The notes: generated from the sequence alone by a model not told the origin. A stretch of 64,000 nucleotides of DNA from an uncultured Candidatus Rokubacteria bacterium (GCA_963762145.1 CAVXJS010000021.1:320001-384000); one strand, 5' to 3'. Positions 29,745 through 39,717 are shown, counted from the stretch's first letter. Made by a program: numbers and translations.

Positions 29745-30811
29745 GGCACGGTCTCCGCGAGCTTCTGGCTCTGCTCGCGGTCGCGCAGGCCGTCGATCAG
29801 CTCGTCGAGATCGCCCTCGAGCACCGCGGGCAGCCGGTGCAGCGTGACGTTGATGCGGTGATCGCTGACGCGTCCCTGGGGGAAGTTGTAGGTGCGGATG
29901 CGCTCGCTGCGCTCCCCGGTACCGACCTGGCTGCGCCGGTCGGCCGCGATGGCGGCGGCCTGCTCCTCCTGTGCCCGCTCCAGCAGGCGGGCCTTGAGCA
30001 CCCGCAGCGCCTTCGCGCGGTTCTTGATCTGCGAGCGCTCGTCCTGGCAGGTGACGACCAGCCCGGTCGGGAGGTGGGTGAGCCGCACCGCGGAGTCGGT
30101 GGTGTTGACGCCCTGCCCGCCGGGGCCCGAGGAGCGATAGACGTCCACCTGGATGTCCTTCTCGTCCACCTTCACGTCCACGTCCTCCGCCTCCGGCAGC
30201 ACCGCCACCGTGACGGTCGAGGTGTGGATGCGCCCGCTCGACTCGGTCGCGGGCACGCGCTGCACGCGGTGCACTCCCCGCTCGTACTTGAGCCGGCTCC
30301 ACGCCCCGCGACCCTGCACCAGCGCGACGACTTCCTTGAGGCCGCCCACCCCGGTGGGGTGGCTGTCGATGACCTCCCACTTCCAGCGCTGCCGCTCCGC
30401 GTACTTGGTGTACATGCGAAACAGATCGGCCGCGAAGAGGCCGGCCTCGTCACCGCCCGCGCCGGCCCGGATCTCCAGGAAGACGTTCTTGTCGTCGTTG
30501 GGATCGCGCGGGATGAGAAGGCCCCGCAGCTCCTCCTCGAGCTTCGCCTGCCGCGCGGTCAGCTCGTCGATCTCGGCCTGGGCCAGCTCGCGCATCTCGC
30601 GGTCGGCGTCCTCGGCCAGGATGTGACGGGCTTCCGACACGCGGGCGAGCACGTTCTTGTAGTCGTCGAACTTGTGCACCGTATCCGCGAGGTCGGCCGC
30701 GGCCTTGGCGGTCTTGGCGTAGACCGCGGGCTGCCCGATCACCTGGGGATCGGACAGCGAGCGGTTCAGCTCGCCGTAGCGCTCTTCGATCTGCCGGAGC
30801 TTGTCGAACAT
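29741..30811 (-). CDS. prfA: Peptide chain release factor 1
   Basis: PAT (PxT) tripeptide, [15 protein letters not shown]. Confidence 0.97.
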   Translation of the reverse strand: MFDKLRQIEERYGELNRSLSDPQVIGQPAVYAKTAKAAADLADTVHKFDDYKNVLARVSEARHILAEDADREMRELAQAEIDELTARQAKLEEELRGLLIPRDPNDDKNVFLEIRAGAGGDEAGLFAADLFRMYTKYAERQRWKWEVIDSHPTGVGGLKEVVALVQGRGAWSRLKYERGVHRVQRVPATESSGRIHTSTVTVAVLPEAEDVDVKVDEKDIQVDVYRSSGPGGQGVNTTDSAVRLTHLPTGLVVTCQDERSQIKNRAKALRVLKARLLERAQEEQAAAIAADRRSQVGTGERSERIRTYNFPQGRVSDHRINVTLHRLPAVLEGDLDELIDGLRDREQSQKLAETVP

Positions 30812-30917
30812 GGGGGCGCCTCAGGAAGTACCCGGAAGAGGGCGCCGCCGCGGCTGGAGACGATGGAGTTGTGGATGGATCTGCGGCTCGGAGCGCGGCG
30901 CGGCGCCGAGCCGGGCG

Positions 30918-31133
30918 CTACCCTTCGGCGATCTTCTTCCTCTTGTACTTCTGCTGGAAGCGCTCGACCCGCCCGGCGGTGTCCAGGAACCGCTGCTTCC
31001 CCGTGAAGAAGGGATGGCACTTGGAGCAGACCTCGACCTTGATGGTCGGGACGGTGGAGCGGGTGTGGATGACTTCCCCGCAGTTGCAGGTGATCGTCGT
31101 ATCAACGTAATCCGGGTGAATGCCAGCCTTCAC
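30918..31133 (-). CDS. rpmE: 50S ribosomal protein L31 (Zn-binding type)
   Basis: MKAGIHPDY...CNCG...[10 protein letters not shown]. Confidence 0.97.
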   Translation of the reverse strand: MKAGIHPDYVDTTITCNCGEVIHTRSTVPTIKVEVCSKCHPFFTGKQRFLDTAGRVERFQQKYKRKKIAEG

Positions 31134-31158
31134 GGCGCACCTCCTAGATGGATCTCAG

Positions 31159-31187
31159 AGGATAGCAGGGAGCACGTCAAAAGGCAA
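31159..31187 (-). promoter_or_regulatory. Sigma70-type promoter for rpmE-prfA and the downstream genes
   Basis: TTGCCT-17 nt-TATCCT with a TG extension; AGGAGG SD downstream. Confidence 0.6.
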
Positions 31188-31197
31188 AAATGGGCGG

Positions 31198-31230
31198 CTT
31201 TGCGAGCCGCAGCCGAAGGCGAGGCGAACG
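31198..31230. repeat. GEPS element, copy 4 (opposite orientation, just after the rho stop)
   Basis: Minus strand reads CGTTCGCCTCGCCTTCGGCTGCGGCTCGCAAAG, followed within 8 nt by TTTTT. Confidence 0.7.
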
Positions 31231-31241
31231 GATCCGGGAAT

Positions 31242-32495
31242 CTAGCCCAGCTGGTTCATCTGGTTCAGGAAGTCCTTGTTACTCTTGACCATTTTCAGCT
31301 TGTCGAGCAGCAGCTCCATGGCCTCGACCGGGTTGAGCTGGGACAGGGCCTTGCGGAGCAGCCAGACCTTCTGCAGCTCGTCCTTCTCGAGCAGGAGCTC
31401 TTCCTTCCGGGTGCCGGTCTGCTCGATGTTGATCGTCGGGAAGATGCGCTTGTCCATCAGGCGCCGGTCCAGGTGCACCTCCATGTTTCCGGTGCCCTTG
31501 AACTCCTCGAAGATCACGTCGTCCATCCGGGAGCCGGTGTCGATCAGGGCGGTGGCCATGATGGTGAGCGAGCCTCCCTCCTCCACGTTCCGGGCCGCCG
31601 CGAAGAACCGCCGGGGCCGCTGCAACGCGTTGGCGTCGAGACCGCCGGAGAGCACCTTGCCGGAGGACGGGATCACCGCGTTGTGGGCGCGCGCGAAGCG
31701 GGTGATCGAGTCGAGCAGGATCACGACGTCGCGCTTGTGCTCCACCAGCCGCTTGGCCTTCTCGATCACCATGTCCGCGACCTGCACGTGCCGCTGCGGC
31801 GGCTCGTCGAAGGTCGAGGAGATGACCTCGCCCTTCACGGAGCGCTGCATGTCGGTGACCTCTTCCGGCCGCTCGTCGATGAGCAGCACGATCAGGTACA
31901 CCTCGGGGTGGTTCTTGGCGATCGCGTTGGCGAGGTTCTGGAGGAGCACCGTCTTGCCGGTGCGGGGCGCGGCCACGATCAGGCCGCGCTGGCCCTTGCC
32001 GATCGGACACAGCAGATCCATCGCGCGGGTGGTCAGGTTGTCCGAGTCGTGCTCGAGGCGGATCCGCTCCATCGGGTAGAGCGGAGTCAGGTTGTCGAAG
32101 AGCGTCTTGTCGCGCGCCTGCTCCGGCGTCTCGAAGTTGATCGCTTCGACCTTGAGCAGCGCGAAGTAGCGCTCGCTGTCCTTGGGCGGCCGCACCTGCC
32201 CGGAGATCGTGTCCCCGGTGCGCAGATCGAAGCGGCGGATCTGCGAGGGCGAGACGTAGATGTCGTCGGGGCCCGGCAGGTAGTTGTAGTCCGGCGCGCG
32301 GAGGAAGCCGAAGCCGTCGGGCAGCACCTCGAGCACGCCCTCCGCGAAGATGAGTCCGTCGCGCTCGGCCTGCCCCTGCAGGATCTTGAAGATCAGGTCC
32401 TGCTTGCGAAGGCCGCTGGTGCCCTGGACGCCCAGCTCCTTGGCGACGTTGTTGAGATCGGTGATCGTCTTGTCCTTGAGCTCGGACAGGTTCAT
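31242..32495 (-). CDS. rho: Transcription termination factor Rho
   Basis: [47 protein letters not shown]. Confidence 0.98.
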   Translation of the reverse strand: MNLSELKDKTITDLNNVAKELGVQGTSGLRKQDLIFKILQGQAERDGLIFAEGVLEVLPDGFGFLRAPDYNYLPGPDDIYVSPSQIRRFDLRTGDTISGQVRPPKDSERYFALLKVEAINFETPEQARDKTLFDNLTPLYPMERIRLEHDSDNLTTRAMDLLCPIGKGQRGLIVAAPRTGKTVLLQNLANAIAKNHPEVYLIVLLIDERPEEVTDMQRSVKGEVISSTFDEPPQRHVQVADMVIEKAKRLVEHKRDVVILLDSITRFARAHNAVIPSSGKVLSGGLDANALQRPRRFFAAARNVEEGGSLTIMATALIDTGSRMDDVIFEEFKGTGNMEVHLDRRLMDKRIFPTINIEQTGTRKEELLLEKDELQKVWLLRKALSQLNPVEAMELLLDKLKMVKSNKDFLNQMNQLG

Positions 32496-32688
32496 CCGTT
32501 TTCCTCCTGCACCGACCGGCCCGCTGGTCTCAGTGGGGACGGGCTGCTGCTCGGCGGGGACGGCGGACGGCGGCTTCGGCGAGGGACGCTTCGGGGTACG
32601 TTCTGAAGAAGAGATGGTCGTCTCCGGCGGGTTGCGTGTGTGCGGGTGGTCTACTCTCTAGGAGGTTGGCTACCGTGCGTCGCGGACC

Positions 32689-32718
32689 ACTGTCCCACAC
32701 GGTTTCCGGCCCTGTCAA
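32689..32718 (-). promoter_or_regulatory. Putative rho promoter
   Basis: Perfect TTGACA at 32713-32718 with a weak -10 (GACAGT) 18 nt downstream. Confidence 0.45.
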
Positions 32719-32726
32719 CCCCCGAT

Positions 32727-33809
32727 TTAGATGCGGATATCGATGATCGCGCGCTGTCTGATCTCCACGAGCCACTCCTTGAGCCGCGCGTCGTACTTCT
32801 GGCGGTAGAGGATCTCGCGGATCTGGCCGCGGGCCTGCGCGAGCGAGTCCCCGGTGAGCGCGTCGCGCGAGTCGAGGCGGAAGATGTGATAGCCGATCTC
32901 CGAGCGGAACGGCGTCGACGCTTCGCCCGGGGAGAGACGCAGGATCGCGTCCTCGATGTTCTGGGCCAGCTCGCCGCGCTTGAGATTGCCGAGAGAGCCG
33001 CCGTCCTTGCCGGACGGATCGTCCGAGTACTTCCGGGCGAGCTCGACGAAGTCCTGGCCCTCGAGGAGATACCCGTAGATCTCGTCGGCCCGGAGCCGCG
33101 CGACGGTCCATCCGTCCTCGCCCTTGAGCGGATCGGGCACCACCAGGATGTGCCGCGCCCCGAAGGTGAGCCCGGTCTCGAGCTTCTCGCGGTTCTCGGT
33201 GAGATAGCGGTCGATCTCCTGCTCGGTGACCGAGATGCGCAGGGCAACCTTGCGACGTATGATCCGCTGGACCATGAGCTGCTCGCGCAGCCGCTTCTTG
33301 ACGCCCTCCAGGGTGAGGCCCTGGGTCTTGATCATGGCTTCGAACTCGGCCTCGTCCTTGGACTTGAGCTTCTTCAGGATCTCCCCGAGCGCCTCGGTGA
33401 GCTCCGCGTCCTCGATCACCACCCGGTCCCGCTCCGCCTGCTGGAGCTGGATCCGGTTCTCGATCAGGGTCTGCAGGAGCTGCGTGCGCAACGCCCGGCG
33501 CGCGTCACCGTCGGTGGGCCGCTCCCGCGTCTCGGCCAGGTAGTAGAGCTCGGCCTCGTCCAGCTCGTACTGGGTGATCGCGTCGTTGTTCACGACGCAG
33601 ATCACGCGATCCACCACGTCCTCGGAGTCGTGGAGTTCCGCCCGCGAGGTCAGGATGGGGGCGGAGGCGGGCGGTGTCGCGACCGGTGCCTCCGCCGGCG
33701 CGGCCGGCTTGCTCTTGCCGATCAGCGGCATCCAGCTCGGGATCGAGCAGCCCGAGATCATCAAGGGAAAGACCAGCAAGGTCACCGCGGCGATGCCGCG
33801 CGGACTCAT
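32727..33809 (-). CDS. SurA-like parvulin PPIase / chaperone, lipoprotein-type signal
   Basis: ISGC lipobox, VDRVICVVNNDAIT (SurA N domain), FVELARKYSDDPSGKDGGSLG, GYHIFR. Confidence 0.88.
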   Translation of the reverse strand: MSPRGIAAVTLLVFPLMISGCSIPSWMPLIGKSKPAAPAEAPVATPPASAPILTSRAELHDSEDVVDRVICVVNNDAITQYELDEAELYYLAETRERPTDGDARRALRTQLLQTLIENRIQLQQAERDRVVIEDAELTEALGEILKKLKSKDEAEFEAMIKTQGLTLEGVKKRLREQLMVQRIIRRKVALRISVTEQEIDRYLTENREKLETGLTFGARHILVVPDPLKGEDGWTVARLRADEIYGYLLEGQDFVELARKYSDDPSGKDGGSLGNLKRGELAQNIEDAILRLSPGEASTPFRSEIGYHIFRLDSRDALTGDSLAQARGQIREILYRQKYDARLKEWLVEIRQRAIIDIRI

Positions 33810-36800
33810 CGGAGGGAGTCCAGCAGCTTCGAGAGGGCGTCGCGCACCGCGGGCCAGGGCTCGGCGGGGATCCGCGCTTCCACCGTGTACTCCTTTCTCA
33901 GCTTGAGAGCGCCGCGGCTGGCCGCGATCGTCTTGAGCATCCGCTCCGGGGTGACCGGGGTCGACTGCGCGAACGTCAGCACCGCGCGTCCGCCCCCCGC
34001 CTCCACCCGCTCGATGCCGAGCCCGCGGGCGGCCACGCGCAGCCCTACCACGTCCAGCAGCCCCTCCACCGCGGGCGGCGGCGGTCCGTAACGATCGGCC
34101 AGCTCCGCGCGGGCATCGGCCACGTCCTCGGGCCGCTCGATCTCGGCCAGCCGCTTGTAGAGCGCCAGACGCTGATTCACCTCGGGGACGTACGCTTCGG
34201 GCAGGAGCGCCTCGACGTCCGCCGAGATCACCGGGTCGACGCGCTCGGCTGCTGTTTCGCCCTTCAAGTCTCTCACGGCCTCCGCGAGGAGCTTGCTATA
34301 AAGATCGAACCCGACCGCCGCGATGTGCCCGTGCTGGGCCGCCCCCAGCAGGTTCCCGGTGCCCCGGATCTCCAGATCTCGCATGGCCAGCCGCAGGCCT
34401 GCCCCCAGCTCGGTGGACTCCTCGATCACCCGGAGCCGGCGCTGGGCCGTCTCGTCCACCCTCCCGTCGGCGGGCACCAGGAGGTAGGCGTAGGCCTGTT
34501 GCCGCTCCCGCCCCACCCGTCCGCGGAGCTGGTAGAGCTGGGCCAGGCCGAACCGGTCGGCCCGGTTGATGATTATCGTGTTCGAGGCCGGGATGTCCAG
34601 GCCCGATTCCACGATGGCGGTGGACACCAGGACGTCGGCCTGGCCGTCCACGAACTTGACCATCACGCTCTCCAGCTCCCGCTCCGCCATCTGGCCGTGC
34701 CCCATCACCACCCGGGCCTCCGGGACCAGGCTCTTGATGAAGGTGGTCATCGAGGCGAGGGACTGGATGCGGTTGTGGACGAAGAAGACCTGCCCGCCCC
34801 GGTTGAGCTCCCGCTCGATCGCCTCCTTGATGACGCCGCGGCTGAACGCGGTGACCACCGTCTCCACCGGCAGGCGCTCGAGCGGCGGCGTCTCGATCAC
34901 CGACAGGTCGCGCACCCCCGAGAGCGCCATGTGCAGCGTGCGCGGGATCGGGGTGGCGGTGAGCGTCAGCACGTCCACCGAGGTGCGGAGCTGCTTGAGC
35001 CGCTCCTTGTGGGAGACCCCGAAGCGGTGCTCCTCGTCGACGACCAGGAGCCCGAGGTTCTTGAACGACACGTCCTTGGACAGGAGCCGGTGCGTGCCGA
35101 CGACCACGTCCACCGTGCCGGCGGCGAGCCCGGCCACCACCTGCTTCTGCTCCTTCGGGCTGCGGAAGCGCGACAGCAGCTCGACGCGCGCCGGGAACGG
35201 CCCGAAGCGCTCCACGAACGTGTTGTAGTGCTGCTGGGCCAGCACGGTGGTCGGCACGAGCACCGCGACCTGGCGGCCATCCGCCACCGCCTTGAACGCG
35301 GCGCGCAGCGCGACCTCGGTCTTGCCGTAGCCGACGTCGCCCGCCACCAGGCGGTCCATCGGCCGGCCGCCCACCATGTCGGTCTTCACGTCCTCGATGG
35401 CGCGGAGCTGGTCCGGCGTCTCCTCGAAGCGGAAGGCGGCCTCGAACTCGCCCTGCCAGGGGGTGTCGTCCGAGAAGTTCGGCCGCTCCGCGACCGAGCG
35501 GGTCGCGTAGAGCTTGAGCAGCGCCTCCGCCATGTCGCGCAGCGCGGCCCGCACCGATTCCTTCAGACGCTGCCACGCGCCGCCGCCGAGCCGGTCGAGA
35601 CGGGCCGAGCCCTCGGGCGCGCCCATGTACTTGGAGATGAGATCGAGCCGCTCGACGGGCAGGTAGAGCCGGCCCCCGTCGGCGTACTCCAGGAGCAGGA
35701 AGTCGGCGTCGTGTCCCTCGGAGGACAGCGTGCGCAGGCCGTGATAGCGGCCGATGCCGTGCTGCTCGTGCACCACCAGGTCGTTGGTGGCCAGGTCGTT
35801 GAACGAGGCGATGGCCGCGCCGCGCTGGAAGAGCGGGCGCCGCAGCCGGCGGCGCTGGGCCCCGAAGATCTCCTCCTCGCAGAGCACGATGAGGCCGACC
35901 GCGGGGATCTGGAAGCCCGCCGCGCACTCGCCCACGAGCACCCCGAGCCCTTCCTGACTCCAGAGCGTCACGTCGGGCCACGGCTCGAGATCGTGCTCGG
36001 CCAGCATCTGGCGCAGGCGCGCGCTCTGCCGCTCGTCGTCGACCACGAGGCGCACCGTGAACCCCTCGCCGCGCCAGGTGCGGATCTCGCCGGCCAGCGT
36101 CTTGAACTGGCCGCGGTAGCCGCCCACGCCCCGCGTGCCCATCGAGATCGAGCCCTCGCTGCGCTGGAGCAGCGGCAGCTCGAGACGCTGGAAGCGCTCG
36201 AGCACCGAGGCGAGCGGCGCCGCCGAGGGCGCGTCGTCGGGCGGCGCCTCCAGCAGCGCGGGATCCTCCAGTACCACCAGCGTCGCGGGCGGCAGATAGT
36301 CCACCAGGGTGACCGGCGCCGCGTCCTTCGAGCCGAGCGGCAGGACGGTCAGCTCGCGGAGCGGCGTGATCGAGCGCTGGGTGGTGGGATCGAAGACCCG
36401 CAGGGCCTCGACCTCGTCGCCCACGAACTCGGCGCGCACCGGCCGCTCGTGAGTGGGCGAGAAGATGTCCACGATGCCGCCGCGCACGCTCCACTGCCCG
36501 ACCTCCATCACCGTCTCGACGCGCTCGTAGCCGGCCGCCTGCAGCAGCTCGAGCAGGATCTCGCGATCGCTGCTCTCCCCTACCGTCAAGGTGAACGTGC
36601 GACGCTTGAAGGCGGACGGCGGGGGCACCGCCTCCGAGAGCCCCGAGGGCGTGGCCACGATCACCACCGCGTCGCCGTCGAGCAGGCGCCGGCAGCACAG
36701 GGCGCGCTCCGCGTCGGGCTCGCGGTGCCGGGTGCCGCGCCAGGAGGTCCCGGTGCCCGAGGGGAACTCGAGCACCCGCGCGTGCTCCCCGTCGTCCCCG

Positions 36801-37102
36801 CCCGCGGCGGGGCCGCCCGAGATCGAGGCGACGAAGAAGGCGGCGTCCTGCGCCATCCGGTGTCGCGGCGACGGGCCCGGCGTGAGCAGGAGGATCGGGC
36901 GGCCGGTGCGCTCCCGCAGCGCGGCCACCACCAGCGCTCGCGAGGAGCCCCAGAGCCCGTCGGCGCGGAGGCAGGGTGCTCCCTTGGCGAGGGCCGCGAG
37001 GAGCTCGTCGAGCGCGGCCCAGCGAGACAGGACGGAACCGGCGGGCACGGTCATCACGGACGACAGCACATCAGAGGTACCACCCGCGACGACCCCCGTC
37101 AA
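33806..37102 (-). CDS. mfd: Transcription-repair coupling factor
   Basis: VVHEQHGIGRY, GDVGYGKTEVA, DEEHRFG, TATPIPRT, QLYQLRGRVGR, TRCF C-terminus; exact start uncertain (37054-37102). Confidence 0.96.
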   Translation of the reverse strand: MTGVVAGGTSDVLSSVMTVPAGSVLSRWAALDELLAALAKGAPCLRADGLWGSSRALVVAALRERTGRPILLLTPGPSPRHRMAQDAAFFVASISGGPAAGGDDGEHARVLEFPSGTGTSWRGTRHREPDAERALCCRRLLDGDAVVIVATPSGLSEAVPPPSAFKRRTFTLTVGESSDREILLELLQAAGYERVETVMEVGQWSVRGGIVDIFSPTHERPVRAEFVGDEVEALRVFDPTTQRSITPLRELTVLPLGSKDAAPVTLVDYLPPATLVVLEDPALLEAPPDDAPSAAPLASVLERFQRLELPLLQRSEGSISMGTRGVGGYRGQFKTLAGEIRTWRGEGFTVRLVVDDERQSARLRQMLAEHDLEPWPDVTLWSQEGLGVLVGECAAGFQIPAVGLIVLCEEEIFGAQRRRLRRPLFQRGAAIASFNDLATNDLVVHEQHGIGRYHGLRTLSSEGHDADFLLLEYADGGRLYLPVERLDLISKYMGAPEGSARLDRLGGGAWQRLKESVRAALRDMAEALLKLYATRSVAERPNFSDDTPWQGEFEAAFRFEETPDQLRAIEDVKTDMVGGRPMDRLVAGDVGYGKTEVALRAAFKAVADGRQVAVLVPTTVLAQQHYNTFVERFGPFPARVELLSRFRSPKEQKQVVAGLAAGTVDVVVGTHRLLSKDVSFKNLGLLVVDEEHRFGVSHKERLKQLRTSVDVLTLTATPIPRTLHMALSGVRDLSVIETPPLERLPVETVVTAFSRGVIKEAIERELNRGGQVFFVHNRIQSLASMTTFIKSLVPEARVVMGHGQMAERELESVMVKFVDGQADVLVSTAIVESGLDIPASNTIIINRADRFGLAQLYQLRGRVGRERQQAYAYLLVPADGRVDETAQRRLRVIEESTELGAGLRLAMRDLEIRGTGNLLGAAQHGHIAAVGFDLYSKLLAEAVRDLKGETAAERVDPVISADVEALLPEAYVPEVNQRLALYKRLAEIERPEDVADARAELADRYGPPPPAVEGLLDVVGLRVAARGLGIERVEAGGGRAVLTFAQSTPVTPERMLKTIAASRGALKLRKEYTVEARIPAEPWPAVRDALSKLLDSLR

Positions 37103-37103
37103 A

Positions 37104-37760
37104 TTACCGGGAGCCCTGCGCGAGATAGAACGAGAGCGTCTCCAGCTCGATGGCCAGGTCCACGTTCTTGAGGCGGACGTCCTTGCCCGCCTTGATGCGT
37201 CCCGGCGCGAAGTTGAGAATGGTCTTGACCCCGGCCGCCACCAGCTTCTCGGTCACCACCTGGGCGGACTCCCCGGGCACCGCCACGATCGCGATCTGGA
37301 GATTCCGGGCCTTGGCCTCGCGCGGCAGATCCTCCATGGACTGGATCGCGACGCCGTCCACCGCCTTCCCCCACTTGGTCGGATCCTCGTCGAAGATCGT
37401 GGAGATCCGGAAGCCCTGCCGGGCGAATCCCTTGTAGTGGAAGAGCGCGGAGCCGAGATTGCCGAAGCCCACGAGCGCCACCTGCCACTCGCGGTCGAGC
37501 CCCAGGATGCGCTGCAGCTCCGCCTTGAGGCCGGAGACGTAGTAGCCGATGCCGCGCACCCCGAACTCGCCGAAGTAGGCGAGGTCCTTCCGGACCTGGG
37601 CCGAGTTGAGGCTGAAGCGCTCCGCCAGCTCCTGGGAGGAGATGGTCTTCACCCCATCCTCCTCCAGCTGCTGGAGACTCCGGGTGTACACGGAGAGGCG
37701 GCGCACCGTCATCTCCGGGATCCGGGGGATCTTGAACGGTGACCGTCGCGCCATGTTCAT
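37104..37760 (-). CDS. rex: Redox-sensing transcriptional repressor Rex
   Basis: RRLSVY, SAQVRKDLAYFGEFGVRGIGY, GFGNLG, ILNFAP. Confidence 0.95.
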   Translation of the reverse strand: MNMARRSPFKIPRIPEMTVRRLSVYTRSLQQLEEDGVKTISSQELAERFSLNSAQVRKDLAYFGEFGVRGIGYYVSGLKAELQRILGLDREWQVALVGFGNLGSALFHYKGFARQGFRISTIFDEDPTKWGKAVDGVAIQSMEDLPREAKARNLQIAIVAVPGESAQVVTEKLVAAGVKTILNFAPGRIKAGKDVRLKNVDLAIELETLSFYLAQGSR

Positions 37761-37812
37761 TCCCGGGCGCTCACCGCGCCCGTCGGGGCCGCCTCGCGGG
37801 AATGCCCGCGTG

Positions 37813-37839
37813 CCGTCCCGGGGCGTGGCCCCGGGACGG
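37813..37839 (-). terminator. Strong stem-loop just after atpE
   Basis: CCGTCCCGGGGC-cac-GCCCCGGGACGG, a perfect 12-bp stem with no U-tract. Confidence 0.5.
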
Positions 37840-37859
37840 TGCTTTCCAGTATGTCGTTG

Positions 37860-38183
37860 CTACGACTTGACGAAGAGCAGGATGACCGCGATGACGAACA
37901 CGAACAGCACGAGCGACTCGATGAAGGCCAGGCCGAGTAGCATCGCGGTCTGGATCCGGGCGATCGCGCCGGGCTGCCGCGCCATCGCGTCGACCGCCTG
38001 CCCGGCCGCACGGCCCTGACCGAGACCGCAGAGACCCGCGGCCAGGCCGAAGCCCAGGCCCGCGGCCAGCACCGCGAAGGCCTTGGCCAAGTCGTTGCCG
38101 CCCGCGGCGGCCGCCGCCTGCGCCCAGGCCATTCCCGGGACCGCCAGAATCGCCATCATGCTCATGGTCAGAATGCGTTGCAC
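37860..38183 (-). CDS. atpE: F0F1 ATP synthase subunit c with a signal-like N-terminal extension
   Basis: GxGxG-type helix, MARQP loop, FIESL ion-binding Glu. Confidence 0.95.
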   Translation of the reverse strand: MQRILTMSMMAILAVPGMAWAQAAAAAGGNDLAKAFAVLAAGLGFGLAAGLCGLGQGRAAGQAVDAMARQPGAIARIQTAMLLGLAFIESLVLFVFVIAVILLFVKS

Positions 38184-38214
38184 GGCTCTCCTCCTTGTTG
38201 AGGGTGACTGCGAC

Positions 38215-38970
38215 CTAGTGATGCTCGGCTTCCTCGACCGCCGCCGCGATGTACAGCATGGCCAGCTTGCAGAAGATGAAGGTCTGGATGAAGGCCACCA
38301 GGATCTTCAGCGGGAACAGGAAGCCCACCACGAACACGACCATGATCAGCGCGGCGGGCGCTCCGATCACCAGACCCGCCGTCGAGCCGCGGAGGGCCCA
38401 GCCGAGCATCCCGTCGAAGCCCATCATGAAGAAGAAGATGGCGAGGAGGATGTGGCCGGCCATCATGTTGCCGAAGAGGCGGAGCGAGAGCGACAGCGGC
38501 CGGGCGCAGTGGCTGATGATCTCGATCACGAACATCAGGGGCTTCAGCACGGTGGGCACCGGCCCCGCGAAGTGCTTCATGTACGGGATGAAGCCCTGCT
38601 TGCGGACGCCGATCACGTGATAGGTCACGAACACGATCAGCGCGCACGCCGCGGTGGTGTTGAGGTTCGCGGTCGGCGCCACCAGCCCCGGCACGAGGCC
38701 CATCAGGTTCGAGACCAGGATGAAGAGGCCGAGGGTGGCGATCAGCGGCAGGTAGCGCCGCCCCCCGTGCCCGATCGTCTCGTCCAGCTCGTTCAAGAAC
38801 TGCTCGAGGACGATCTCCATGAAGTTCTGGCTGCCGGTCGGCACGAGCTGCACCCGGCGGGTGGCCACGAAGGCCACCACGACCAGGATGGCCATCGCGA
38901 TCCACGTATAGAGGATGTGGTCGGGGATGGCCGCGATGTGCAGGATCGGGGGGTGCTCGATCAGCTCCAT
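38215..38970 (-). CDS. atpB: F0F1 ATP synthase subunit a
   Basis: NLMGLVPG, PTANLN, RPLSLSLRLFGNM, QTFIF. Confidence 0.95.
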   Translation of the reverse strand: MELIEHPPILHIAAIPDHILYTWIAMAILVVVAFVATRRVQLVPTGSQNFMEIVLEQFLNELDETIGHGGRRYLPLIATLGLFILVSNLMGLVPGLVAPTANLNTTAACALIVFVTYHVIGVRKQGFIPYMKHFAGPVPTVLKPLMFVIEIISHCARPLSLSLRLFGNMMAGHILLAIFFFMMGFDGMLGWALRGSTAGLVIGAPAALIMVVFVVGFLFPLKILVAFIQTFIFCKLAMLYIAAAVEEAEHH

Positions 38971-38971
38971 G

Positions 38972-39340
38972 TCAGGCGTTCCTCCGCGCGTCGAGCAGGC
39001 CCTGGACCAGCAGCACCGGGGGCAAGGCCGCGAGGCCGACCGCCACCGCCACCGGGTTCGCCCAGCCCTGCGCCACCAGCACCCCGAGCGCGCCGAACGT
39101 GAAGACCTGGCGCAGCCCCACGCGGCCGATGCGTCCCATCCCGGTGGAGCCTTCCGCGATCAGCGCGGTCGCGCGCCCCACGTCGCGGGCGAGCCAGCGG
39201 AAGTTGACGATGGCGATGCCGCCGCCGCCGCCCACGCCGGCCGCCGCGGGCACGCCGCCCAGCCACCACGCGCCCGCGGTCATGGCGGCCACCGTGACGG
39301 CTCCCGTCCAGGTGACGCGTGCGGCCAGATCAGCGGTCAT
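38972..39340 (-). CDS. atpI: ATP synthase protein I (AtpI-like membrane protein)
   Basis: About four hydrophobic segments, NF-x-WL motif, upstream of atpB. Confidence 0.7.
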   Translation of the reverse strand: MTADLAARVTWTGAVTVAAMTAGAWWLGGVPAAAGVGGGGGIAIVNFRWLARDVGRATALIAEGSTGMGRIGRVGLRQVFTFGALGVLVAQGWANPVAVAVGLAALPPVLLVQGLLDARRNA

Positions 39341-39566
39341 CGCGATTCGACTCGTTCAGTGTCTTGATTGTCCTGTAAAAGTTCACGCCCGCCGCCACGA
39401 TGCCCAGTGCGAGACCGATCAGCAAGAGCCACGGGCTCGTCCCGATGAAGCGATCCGCGAAGTAACCCGCCGCGAGCCCGACGGCCACGCATGCGAACAG
39501 CAGCGTGCCCAGATTGACGAGCTGTGCGGTCTGACTCCGCGACGGCCCCCTCTCCTCCGGAGCCAT
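39330..39566 (-). CDS. AtpZ/AtpI (gene 1) family two-TM protein
   Basis: GYFADRFIGTSPWLLLIGLALGIVAAG signature; ATG at 39566. Confidence 0.82.
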   Translation of the reverse strand: MAPEERGPSRSQTAQLVNLGTLLFACVAVGLAAGYFADRFIGTSPWLLLIGLALGIVAAGVNFYRTIKTLNESNRDDR

Positions 39567-39576
39567 GTGAACAGGA

Positions 39577-39605
39577 ACACTAGCACAGGCCTCCGGGACT
39601 GACAA
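39577..39605 (-). promoter_or_regulatory. Promoter of the F0 operon, almost leaderless
   Basis: TTGTCA-17 nt-TAGTGT with a TG extension, 10 nt from the ATG, no SD. Confidence 0.55.
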
Positions 39606-39717
39606 GCATGCACAACTAGTCGATTCATATACACTATTTAACCAATCTCGTCCGTCGGTCAGGCACAAGCAAAGGAGCATTCGCCAATCAGCGGGGAGAC
39701 CTGGCACAGTCGAGAGC

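Noticed and set aside
30884-30913. CGGCTCGG...CCGAGCCG hairpin after rpmE as a GEPS element copy
   Set aside because: It shares only 7-8 bp with the element and lacks the GCCTTCGGC core; it is probably an ordinary 3' stem-loop.
39598-39615. Rex operator over the atp promoter
   Set aside because: Only the left half (TTGTGCA) resembles TTGTGAA-N4-TTCACAA; the right half does not match.
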